The notes under the pieces: generated by a model | The model's input: the letters and a program-made list of their open reading frames with translations, nothing else | What the model was told of the DNA's origin: nothing | The model's database searches: none | Source of the DNA: the human T2T-CHM13v2.0 reference genome, Homo sapiens | NCBI RefSeq assembly: GCF_009914755.1 | Contig: NC_060931.1 | Strand: one strand, 5' to 3' | Length of the DNA stretch: 64,000 bases | In this document: positions 15,076-26,351 of the stretch, one piece after another | How the letters are laid out: each line of letters opens with the position of its first letter | How positions within the stretch are numbered: position 1 is the first letter of the stretch | Translations under genes and position numbers: made by a program

Positions 15076-15395
15076 GCTAAGAGGAAGCAAGAACAATTTT
15101 TAGAGCTGGGGATAAAGTGATGGGAGGAGTGTTTGGGAATGAGGCCACTAGAGTGCTTAGAGAACACTCACTTGGGAGCCCCACAACAATGCAGGCGTGA
15201 GTGAAGGAGGGGGGCGGGGGGCTGCGAGGGAGACAGGTTTTCCCCACAAGCCACAAGGCCCGAGGCACGCCTCCTGCCCTGCCTCCACCTCAGGTCGCAG
15301 GAATCTTGTTGGTGATCCATCCAGATGTTGTATGTTCTGGAAGTGGACATCGCGGCTCTGTGTTTTTGAAGTCAGATCTCATTGCTGTGGTTTCT

Positions 15396-16031
15396 ATGCC
15401 TGACCCCCCGAAGTTCTTGCTCCTGTTGCCACAGGGAGCCGGGAGAGCACAGAGCGCTGCTCCCGGTGCCCTGCAGCCACACAAACATGCTCCTGCTCCT
15501 GGCGGAGGCAGAGCTGCTGGGAAAGACATTTCGGAAGTTTCCTGTGGCTGCAACAAATTGTTCAAATCTGCACTGGAGCACCGCTGTGACCTGTCTTTCT
15601 CCATCTTAGGGCAAACAGCTCCTGAAACTGGAAACTCCCCAGCACCTCCTCACCCTACCCCTCAGGCTCTCCTTGTGGGGGTGGGGCAGGGGGAGTTGTC
15701 TGGAATGCCTGGCCTCTCTGTCCAAGCATGGCAGCCTTGCCCCATGGGTGGTGCAGACTCAGTTTCCCATGCACCTTGCCCCAGGGAGGAGGTAGGGGTT
15801 CCTTCCATAGAGATGGTGAAGAATAAGGGAGGTAGTGATCGTCTCTGGGATCCAGTTAGATCTGCGTTTGCAGGCAGAAAGAGGCTGGGGCACATGGAGA
15901 GAGTGATCAACTGGAAGATTCTAGGGTCCTCAATTTTGAAAGGTGACATGATACCCTGGAAAGGGCATGAACTTAGTTGTCAGTTCGTCCTTGCCTTTTC
16001 CAATCAATGCTGTGTGGCCACGGCAAATTAA
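15396..16031 (+). other. 211-codon ATG ORF (MPDPPKFLLLL...) inside the predicted terminal exon; no recognisable family
   Basis: In-frame Met of the supplied 15201..16031 ORF; weak Kozak context; the stop lies in a MIR; upstream ATGs at 15325 and 15332. Confidence 0.15.
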
Positions 16032-16140
16032 TGAACATCTCTGAGTTTCGGTCTCCTGTCTAAAATGAGGTGATAATAGCTTCTTGAAGGTTGTAAGGCC
16101 CCAAACATGCTGCCTGGCACATAGATGGCTAATCAATATT
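15995..16140 (+). mobile_element. MIR
   Basis: gctgtgtggccacggcaaatta...ctctgagtttcggtctcctgtctaaaatgagg...cctggcacatag. Confidence 0.7.
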
Positions 16141-16277
16141 TTCCTACCCTTCCCTTCCTTCCCTTCTCTGGAGTTGCTACCTGTCTTCTCCTGGGGCCTT
16201 GCAAATAAACTTCTGAATTAAATAGTTCCTGCCTGGTAATTTGTATCAACTGAGGGAAGACAAGTCTGGAATATTAC

Positions 16278-16316
16278 TTTTTTTTTTTTTTTCAGACGGA
16301 GTCTCGCTGTCGCCCA
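16278..16316 (-). mobile_element. Alu 3'-terminal remnant (24 nt plus tail)
   Basis: T15 followed by cagacggagtctcgctgtcgccca. Confidence 0.85.
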
Positions 16317-16949
16317 TTTTGAGATTGAGGGCTACACTTAAAAATAAATGTAACCATTGGCTGAAACCAGACCGCTTTCTGGAAGGGAGTCTTTTGGGGC
16401 TTCCTTCAATGAACAGACAGGAGTGTAATTAGTTATTTGATAGCAAATGGGTTCTCTCAGGACATAAATACAATTTAAAGCAGTTTGTTCTAGTGTCTAC
16501 AGTTTCAACATTGCCCGTTGCATTCATGTTTCTACTCTTAACTTGCCAAGTAAACCCATAGTTTGTTAGTTCCAACACTAATCTCTGATCAGTCCCATTT
16601 ATTCTAAATTTGTTTTCACATAATGGCTTCCACAACTCAAGGTATTTTCTATTCTTTGCTCTCTGGAGACTGAGAGGTTATCAGTTGTGGAAAGCCTTCC
16701 AGGAAGTTTTCCTCTAATGTAGTCCTGGGGAATACAGAAGCCGCCTCGAATGAATGGTCGGACTCACCTTTTCCCAGGACCATAAAAATATATATTTTTG
16801 TTTCCTACCCTAAACACAGTGTAACTCACTCCTTGTTTTTCCTGGGAGATTGTGGTAACACGGAGAGGCCTGGGGGGTCTCTGGGATAAAGCAGCTTGTA
16901 AAACGACTATGGGGGGATTCCAGATCTGACTTAATCAACATTTCTCAAG

Positions 16950-17300
16950 ATCCGTAGACCAATAAAACTGTTTGCTTTCTTACCACAGTTCCACCGGCTG
17001 ATTTATTTCTCTTACTTGGCTGAAGCTGTCACTGCTCAAAGCAGTTCATTTGTCAGGTCGAGAGAATTACAATTCACAGGACCTCTTGCTAGTGCTATCT
17101 CAGTTTATAAATTTCACGAATCACAATTTATTGCGGTGCACCCCACAGAGTCTCCTATTAATAAATTGTGGCTCATCAGCAAAAGCACGTGTCTATGGCT
17201 CCCTTGGACATAGGCTTAGGGTCCTGGAGCGGCCGCACAAGCTGCATGTGGCCAACACACAAACGTAGCTGGGCCGGCTCCCGCAGCCTCTGTCTGAGTC
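16950..17300. promoter_or_regulatory. Candidate homeodomain-type enhancer
   Basis: PBX-HOX TGATTTAT 16999-17006; MEIS CTGTCA 17026-17031 and TGTCA 17051; TTTATTG 17127; E-box CACGTG 17186-17191; retained CpGs. Confidence 0.35.
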
Positions 17301-17777
17301 TCCCTCTACTTGCAATGACTCTCTGCGTGGCCTGGTTTCTTGTTTTCACCTCTGCAGGGATGCCATGTAAAGGAGGCCAGACACCACCTGTGTATGTTTG
17401 TGTTGTGGTGGGGAGGGCCGGGCCATAGGAAGAACTTAATTCCTTCCAAAATCTACAGATTTTCCTCTAATAGATTTCATCAACCTGTGGGCACAAACAG
17501 AATTGCATTAATAATGCAAACCTTTTGTTCACTGACTCTTTTCCTTCCCAGCCACCAGCACTTCAGCTAGAGCTTTCTGGAAGTCCTTGGGGTTTTTCAC
17601 ATGCTCTCGGAAGTGAAGCCAGTAGTGTCTTGCCCAAGTAGTCAGGTCGGCTCCTCCAAGGCATTTTCCATTTCCTTCCTTCCCCCTGTGCTGGCCTCTT
17701 CTGCTGGGTGTGTGCAGTTCCCATGGGGCTTGCTATGTCTTCCACTCTCTCTGTCTGCTACTGACACCTAAGTCCCG

Positions 17778-18174
17778 ACTAGGGGCTGCACTTTGTTCCC
17801 CCAAATCCATAAGTGAAATCCTAGCCCTCAGTACCTCAGAGTGTGACTGTATTTGCAGAGATGGCCTTTAACATGTAATTAAGTTAAAAGGAGGTTGTTA
17901 GGCTGGGCCTTAATCCCATATAACTGATGTTCTTATAAGGAGAGGAAATTTGGGCCCAGACACACACAAAGGGAAAGATCATATGAAGACACAGGGAGAA
18001 GACGCTCACCTGCTAGCCAGGGACAGGGGCCTCAGAAGGAACCAACCCTACCTTGGAAGAAGTTGACACCCTGATCTCAGACGTCCAGCCTTCAGAATGG
18101 TGAGAAAATATATTTCTGTTGTGGAAGTCACACAGTCTGGTACTTTGTCATGGTCATCCCAGGAAATGATTACA
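17778..18174 (+). mobile_element. MaLR solo LTR (MLT1B-like)
   Basis: agtacctcagagtgtgactgtatttg, cttataaggagaggaaatttgg, gacacagggagaagacg, ctgatctcagacgtccagcc. Confidence 0.87.
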
Positions 18175-18330
18175 ATCCACTACCAAGAAATGTCTGGCAC
18201 CTTCATGACGACCAAGCTGGATGTCAAGTCAGGGATGACAGCTTGCAGCTTCTGCTGATGTTTGCCCTCGGAGAGGAGCCCCCAAACCCTGCTGTTTGTG
18301 CCGATGTCATTCAGTGTTTGTGGAGTAGCC

Positions 18331-18626
18331 CAGGGGTCTCCAACCCCGGGACCATGTATCGGTACCAGTCTGTGGTCTGTGGCCTGTTAGGAACAGCAGG
18401 AAGTGAGTGGCGGGTGAGCGAGCCTTACTGCCTGAGCTCCGTCTCCTCCAGATCAGCTCACCTGCCCCATTAGATTCTCATAGGAGTGCGAATCCTACTG
18501 TGAACTGTGCATGTGAGGGATCTAGGGTGCATGCTCCTTATGAGAGTCTAATGTCTAATGATCTGAGGTGGAACAGTTTCATCCAGAAACCATTGCCCCC
18601 TTCCCCCCTAGTCTGGAAAAATTGTT
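18331..18626 (+). mobile_element. MER1B-type hAT-Charlie DNA transposon
   Basis: caggggtctccaaccccggg, cattagattctcataggag, gagggatctagg, gatctgaggtggaacagtttcatcc. Confidence 0.85.
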
Positions 18627-19026
18627 GCCTTCCCTCCCTGCATGTGCCCTGTGCCCTAGTATCTCTGGAGTCATTTTCCCAGAAGCTATCATGACTTTTA
18701 GTTAGAGTGAGAGGCTGGGGTCACTCAGGGCACCCGGGAATCACAGTGATCCTATGTAGTGGGAGCTGGATCCGTGGAGGAGATGGACACTGACTGAAGA
18801 TTCCACTCCAGGCTGAGAGAGGAGAGAGGAAGTTCCCTGGCTGCTCTCTTCCTCCCACCCTCAGACTCTTGTCAGTGTCTCCTTGGCTGAGCCCTGCTGG
18901 GATCTGGGGCAGCTGGGGAAACACAGCCTTCAGGGGTCAGCCCCTGCCATAGACAGCAGAGCAGGAAATGGTTGAGGAGTGGCTCTCGGGGCAAACAGGC
19001 CCAGGACTAGGGTTCCTTTCGTAGCT

Positions 19027-19439
19027 GTCTGTTAGTTTCTTGTGGCTGCTGCAGCAAATGACTAGACCCTTGGATGGCTGAAACAGCAGACATTTACTCC
19101 CACAGTTCTGGAGGCCAGACTTGCAAAATCAAGACATTAGCAGGGCTGTGCTTCCTTTAGAGGCTTCAGGGAAGGTCCTTCTAATACCTCCTTCAGGCTC
19201 TGCTGACTCCAGGTGCGCCTTGGCTGGGGCTGCATCACTCCAATCCCTGCCGCCTCCTGCACATGGCCTTCTCCTTTCCTCTGTGTGTCTCTCCTCTGTG
19301 TGGCATCTTTCTCTATGTGTCATTGGACTTAGGGCCCACCCAGATTGCAAAGATCCCTTATCCAAACAGGCCACATTCACAGCTTTTGGGGCTTAGGATG
19401 TGGGCATATCTTTTGGGGGCCACCATTTCACCCACTGCA
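19027..19439 (-). mobile_element. MaLR solo LTR (MLT1C-like)
   Basis: cacagttctggaggccaga, gcatcactccaatc, tgcaaagatcccttatccaaa, ttttgggggccaccatt. Confidence 0.82.
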
Positions 19440-20427
19440 ACCTCCTTAATTTTGTTCAAGCTGTTCCTTCAACCTAGTGTCCCCTACCCTCCTCCTTCTA
19501 GAAAAATCCTGCAAGTCTCCTCTCAAGTGTCACCTTCAGCATGAAACCTTGCCTGGACTACATGATCAGACCCACTTACCATCTCTCCTGGGCCCCCATA
19601 GTTCCTTGTTCTTGTGCATGGCACTTATCGCCTTGACAGTCCACTGGCAGCTCCTCAAGGGCAGAGCAGGGCCTGTGGCCTCTGCTCCAAGGGCCAATGT
19701 CACATCTCAGTTCCTTTCTCCCATGAGGACCAAGGCCCTTTTGTCTGGGTTCCAGTCTTCTCTTCTTGTTTTGGGTCAAAACAGCTTCCTTACACCCTCC
19801 TGAGCCTCACGTGGCTCTGCCCTGCATCTGCTGGACACTCACCAGGCACCTCATAAGTCTGGGATTTGTCTCCAGTTTGCCTGAAACCGCCTCCTTCCTG
19901 GACCTACATCACACATGGCTGCCCAGAGCAGTCCTCATTAAGAAGTACTGCTGTTGATGAAGTCTTGTCAGAAACAAGCCTGGTCAGGACCAGAAGTGGG
20001 GAAAGAAACAGTCGATTTAGATTGTCACAGTACTTCGGGTAGAGGACTTTGATCTGGAATCGGGATAAAGAATGGGGCTATACCCTAAAAATTCATTTAA
20101 AGCTGGTAGGTGTTTTTCTTTAGCAAGCAATTATTGTATTTTGTTCTACTAAGTATTTTAAAAGCCTCCTAAATTCCTGTAGAGATAAGCTTTGTTTACC
20201 TGGAACACTTGGGAAATGAGGAGCACTATTCTTTTAATTTTATGGTAACCAAAACCCCCTTTTGGGTTTTAATTCTTGTTGCAATGTTGCCTTAACTGCA
20301 TATATCTTTTCTGTTTTAGAAAGCAGAGCAAATGGGATGCACGCTTTTTGCTCACGCAAAGAGGACTAGGGGTGTAGCTTTGGAAATTGAGCTAAGTAAT
20401 CTTGGGTCATGACCTTAACAAAATATT

Positions 20428-21176
<749 letters not shown>

Positions 21177-21286
21177 TAATCAATTGCATCTCTATAGAGG
21201 ACAGACAGTATTATAAATATTGCCATAAGAAGAAAGTTTTGGCCACTTCTCTATGTTTCCTTCTATTTCGCTACTGGTAGTGTTAG

Positions 21287-21288
<2 letters not shown>

Positions 21289-21345
<57 letters not shown>
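21289..21345. repeat. (GT)n microsatellite, about 28 units
   Basis: Direct inspection. Confidence 0.98.
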
Positions 21346-21346
<1 letters not shown>

Positions 21347-21407
21347 CTATGTGCAGGTGCAACTGAGTTAGCCTAAGGTGAATAAACCCTACAATGGACT
21401 GAATGGG

Positions 21408-21620
21408 AAAAGCAGTGGATTAAATGTCAGAAAGCCAGGACTTTTTATCCTTCTCTTTATTACTTACCAGTGCTATGACCTTTGGCAAGCACATTTAGCA
21501 TGTCTATTTTCTCATCTAAAAATGGGAGTAGTTCTTATCTCAACCTGCCTTATAGGATTACCGTGGGAATGCAATCATAAGGTGTGAAAATGCTTCATAA
21601 AGAAAGCACCGTACAGACTT
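21408..21620 (+). mobile_element. MIR
   Basis: atgacctttggcaag...ttttctcatctaaaaatggg...gtgtgaaaatgctt. Confidence 0.75.
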
Positions 21621-23139
21621 CCTATGACATTACTACGACACCAAGTTCTGGGAAGAAAAGGGGAGAGTTTTCTAGAGGACCACTCTTGGTCATTCGTCTT
21701 GTTGCCATTTTCCTTCCCAACACCAATCCTGCTTTTGTCTCACTCGGTTTGTGTGTTGGGCTAATCACCTACAGGCTACGTCATGGCCTCATCTCCAGCC
21801 TTGCTCCTCCCCCTCCCTTACCTGTTCTTTCTACAGCCAGTCCTGTGCTGCCAGCCGGCTCCACCCTGGTACACAGCCATTTGTTATGTTCCAGGAAGAA
21901 GCTAAACTCTGCTCCCTTTCACCCAACATAAACCTTGATGTCTCCCTTCTGTCAAAAAAAAAAGAGGATTAGACGCCAGAGAGACACTATATATAGTTTT
22001 TCTTTGACTGCTGGAAAAGATAAGTGTCTGACAAGAGACAGGAATTGTTTGCCTATAAATTGAGTGCCAGCAGGTTTATCGCTGACCGCTGTAGATTATG
22101 TTGAGTGGAGTAATCAGAAGGAAGAATGGGAGGCTACAATAACACTGTGATAGCGGCGATTTGGACTCCACAATCAAACTCTCCTTGACTTATGCACCCT
22201 GGGTGGAAAGTACTTATGTTACAAAACAACAGGAGGTCCTGGCCCTGAGTTACTTATGTGTCTCACAGGCAGTGAGGCGATCCCTCGCCTGTTAGATTGG
22301 TAAGCTCCTTGGCTGGGTCCGATGTCACCGGAGAGGGCTGGACGGGATGGTGGGGATGGAAAGGGCTTCCTCCCACAGGGCATGGCACTGGCCCAGAGCC
22401 GGAATCCAGAGAGCTGCTGAGAAGGGCAGTAAATGCCTGGTGCAGAATAATATTTGGGCAGGGTGTTTCTTGAACCATGGGTGGCTGGTCGTTTTCTATG
22501 CTTCCCTCCTCCTGCAATCCTGGATGCTGCAGGTGATAAATAAATTCTTCAGTCCTAGTGGCGCCCAGTGTCTTCTTGGAGGACCCGGGCTGGCCCCCAG
22601 ATGAGGTCACCATGAGGTTTACCAATCACATTAGTGGAGCCCAAAGGGCTCATGACAACTTCCGTGGATTCTAAGTCCTTTCTGCTTGGTTGGTGCACTC
22701 ATATGGTGCTGTGGTCTAAGAGGTGAGGTCCCCTCCCAAACAGTCCTGTGAATGGCGGGGAGGCACTGGCGTGGCCAGGGAGCTGCGATGACTCTCTGAG
22801 TGTGGAGCTCAGTGATGTTAATGCTCTGCCAGCAAGCGTGCATCAGCTCCAGGAGACTCCTGCTCCCCCAACTTGGCAGTGGGTTTGCTTTCTTGATAAA
22901 TCACCCTCATAAACAATTGGATTTGGCCCAGATAAGTGTCTTTTGATCATGTATGCTACTCCCATTATGCCTCATTTGTGACTCCAGCGGGCTCACAAAA
23001 GGGACAGACTCAGTCCCTAGTAAAATGGACGGTCTGCATTCGCCGTGGGATTCTGTGGGGTGAACAGCCTCGGTACTGTTAAGACAAGACATGGTGTCAG
23101 AAGGAGGAGCCCATGATAGGTGCCTCTTCCAAAAGCCAA

Positions 23140-23660
23140 AGAGTTGAATTCAGTGCTCACAAACCTCCCAGGTGCTCCTCACTGTCTTTGAAATGAAGCC
23201 TCACCTCTCTCTCTGAAGAGGCATCAAGGCCTCAGCCTGTCTTTCCAGCCTCATCTCTTGCCACTCCCTGCCTGCAGTGCTGCGCGCACCCCTCCAGCAC
23301 TGCCCACATTCTTTCAGTTCCTCAGCAGTTCGGTGTCTGTGCTCATGGACATCACTCATGCTACTCCCCTTTGGCTCAAACACCTTTCTTTCTGGTGAGC
23401 TTCTACTCATCCTTCAAAACCTAACTCTAGGGCACCCTTATTCTAACTTCGGGGTCCATCCATCCTCCTCACTGACACTCAGAACTACAATGAAATATTT
23501 CCTTGTCTGTGCTCTTCAGGGCAGGCTGCTTATCTCTCTAGGGTATGGTCTATCATCTGGCACACTAGGTGTTCGCTCAAGGCCTGTTTTCCCCACTGAA
23601 TACTGGACTCCTCCAGGGCTGAGATCTTGCTTGTTTAACTTTACATACTCAATAACCAAC
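23140..23660 (+). mobile_element. L2 fragments
   Basis: tttccagcctcatctc, ttctactcatccttcaaaac, ctccagggctgagatcttg. Confidence 0.5.
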
Positions 23661-23861
23661 CATGTTAGAATCTCAATTTCCTCTGAACTAAAATAATGCA
23701 CCTGTAACAAATGTGACAAAGCCAAGTGGCAATTGCCGCTTACTCACTGAACACCTATGAGGGTAAAGTGAGATAATTCACAGAAAAGCATGATCCTCTT
23801 CCACAGCACCTTATGGTACATTGCCAATAAGAGTAAGATGGAGTGGCAGTAAGATGGGTGG

Positions 23862-24219
23862 AGATATGGTTTGGCTGTGTCCCCACCAAAATCTCATCTT
23901 GAATTGTTCCCATAAGCCCCACGTGTTGTGGGAGGTACCAGTGGGAGGTAATTGAATCATGGGGTCAGTTACCCTCATGCTGTTTTTGTGATAGTGAGTG
24001 AGTTCTCACGAGATCTGATGGTTTTATAAGGGGCTTTCCCCCCTTTTGCTCGGCACTTCTCTCTTGCCTAATGCGGTGTAAAACATGCCTTTCGCCTTCT
24101 GCCATGAATATGAGGCCTCCCCAGCCAGGTGGAACTGTGAGTCTGTTAAACCTCTTTTTCTTTATAAATTACCCCCTCTTGGGTAAGTCTTTATCAGCAG
24201 TGTGAAAATGGACTAAACA
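23862..24219 (+). mobile_element. THE1 (B/C-like) solo LTR
   Basis: gatatggtttggctgtgtcccca...gagatctgatggttttataa...aaatggactaaaca; 5-bp TSD ggtgg/gttgg. Confidence 0.92.
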
Positions 24220-24717
24220 GTTGGAGACGTGGATTGAGAGCAGGGGAGAGAAGGCTGAAGATGCATCTTCTGGGAATAATCCTGTGCCTTTATTTTGATT
24301 GTTTATTTTATCTTTCATCAGAATTTCTTAACTTTTATTGTCACTACCAATAGTGTAATTGCTTGGCTGCATGTCATTGCTGAGGGGAGCAACATTGAAT
24401 TGACAATCAAGACACCCAGATTCAAATCTAGCTCTGCCATAAATCATAAATCATCTTTGTTAGGGTTTCCTTACTTGTGAAGCGGGTGACTCGGCCCGGT
24501 ACCATCTTGCTGACTAAACGGTTTTACAGGTAATGAGACAATCAACTGAAGAGTACTAGATAGATCCCACCACTTGCCAAGCATTTTGCTGGGATCTTTA
24601 CATAGTTTATTTCTGTAGCTCACTCTTGGCTATGAGATAGACTCCATCATTATCCTCATTTTACTGGAGAGGGCTCCAAGGTACAGAGGGTCTCCAAAGG
24701 TGAGGCGTTGCCTAAGT

Positions 24718-24878
24718 AGCAGAAACTGTGAAACTGTCTTCCAAAGTGGTGGTATCAGTTTGCATTCCCACCAGCAGTGAAGCAGCATTCCTGTTGGCCC
24801 ACATCTTTGCCAGCATGGGTGTCAGTGTTTTGGATTTCAGCCATTCTGATAAGTGTGAAGTGGCATCTCGTTTTGCAT
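24718..24878 (-). mobile_element. L1M fragment inserted in an antisense MIR
   Basis: aaactgtcttccaaagtgg...ttgcattcccaccagcagtg...cagccattctgata; MIR pieces flank it. Confidence 0.75.
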
Positions 24879-25638
24879 CAGGGTGTGTAGCAGGGTGTGA
24901 TTTAGGCTGAACTCTAAGTCCAGAGTCAGGCAGCTATTCTCTGCCTATTGTACATTACTTGTATTTTGGATATAAGGATGCACAATTTTCTGCTACTTTT
25001 AGGCATCATGAAAGGGCCCATGATCTCTGCAAAAACTTGAAATACCTAAATGTCATGTGGTTGCCAAGTTTTGTTCATCTAATTTCATCAATAGAACTTT
25101 CCTTTAAATGGTCTAGGAAGTCTGTGTCTAGTTTATGCTCCCCACTACTGCCAATGTGATCTTTTTCAAATAGAATCTGATCATGAGTATCCCCTCTTCA
25201 GAGCCTTCAGGCCCTCCATCAAAACTCCAATCAAAACTAAGATTTTAAATGAGAATTTCAAGGCCCCTTATGATTCAGCTCTCACATACATCTACTGTTT
25301 CTTTCACTTTTCTCTCCCCAACACCACCTCAACCCCCACCCTGCTGGTGCCACCAATCCAATGGACAAGCTGGAAGTAGCAGTGCTTCCTCTAAACCCAA
25401 TATCCATACAGTGTGTGGGCTCAGTTAACTAGGCATGGATTCTCCTTATCTAAAGGATTTCCCCACGGACTTTCCTTCTCAGCCTGGCAAGCTGTTTTAT
25501 TATTGTACACCTTGTTAAGATATTATTTCTTCTTCAAAGATTTATCCAACCCTGAAAGAAATTTCTAACCATTCTCTTTGTGGTAGGCATGGCTAATTGC
25601 CCAATCCACATTTCCCCCATCTCTTCTTTCTCATTTTC

Positions 25639-26351
25639 TGCATTAGTCATGAGTTAATCCATTGCTACTTAACAAATTAGCCCCAAACTTCATTAAAACA
25701 GCAGCAATCACTTATGATCTCATGCCATTTCTGAGAGTTATGAATTGCTATGGTGTGAACGTTTGTGTCTCCCCAAAATTCATATGTTGAAATTCTATCC
25801 CCCAGTGTGATGGTATTAGGAGGTGGGGCCTTTTGGAGTTGATTAGGTCATGAGGGTGGAGCCATCATGAATGGGATTAGTGCCCTTATGAAAGAGACCC
25901 TCTTGCCCCTTGTGTCATGTGAAAATGCAGCAAAAAAGATGGCTGTCTATGAACCAGGAAGAAAGCCCTTACCAGACACTGAATCTGCTGGCACTTTGAT
26001 CTTGGACTTCCCAGCTTCTAGAACCATGATAAATAAATTTCTGTTGTTTATAAACTACCTGGTCTATGGCATTTTTGTAATAGCAGCCCAAACACACTAA
26101 CACAGAAATCCATGAGGGGGTTAGTTGGGTGATTGTGGCTGAGGGGCTCATGACATTGCATTGGGTTACAACTGGGGCTGCAGTTATCTGAAGGCTTGAT
26201 GGGGCTGGAGGAACTGCTTCTAAAGTGGCTTGAGCACACAGCTGATGTGTTAGTGCTGGTGGCTGACAGGAAGCCTCAGTTCCTCACCACATGGACCTCT
26301 CCATATAGCTGATGGAGTGTCTTCACCACATGATGGCTGGCTTGTCCCAGA
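25639..26351 (-). mobile_element. MaLR LTR (MLT1F/G-like), split
   Basis: attgctacttaacaaattagccccaaactt, ggggctgcagttatctgaaggcttga, cctcagttcctcaccacatggacctctcca. Confidence 0.72.
25746..26104 (+). mobile_element. MLT1A0-like solo LTR (innermost of the nest)
   Basis: tgctatggtgtgaacgtttgtgtctccccaaaattcatatgttgaa...gcagcccaaacacactaacaca. Confidence 0.9.

Larger units (their letters stand above)
13550..16230 (+). ncRNA. Predicted spliced lncRNA: exon ending 13875, intron 13876-15293, terminal exon 15294 to about 16230
   Basis: Donor CAG|GTAAGT at 13873-13881; pyrimidine tract 15270-15290 then CAG|G at 15291-15294; AATAAA 16204-16209 and ATTAAA 16217-16222; the 5' end is uncertain. Confidence 0.45.

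Noticed and set aside
13400-16990. Identification with named two-exon lncRNA loci such as LINC00173 or C15orf54
   Set aside because: The neighbouring or encoded sequences I would expect (for example a MAP1LC3B-like retrogene ORF downstream) are absent, so no gene symbol is assigned
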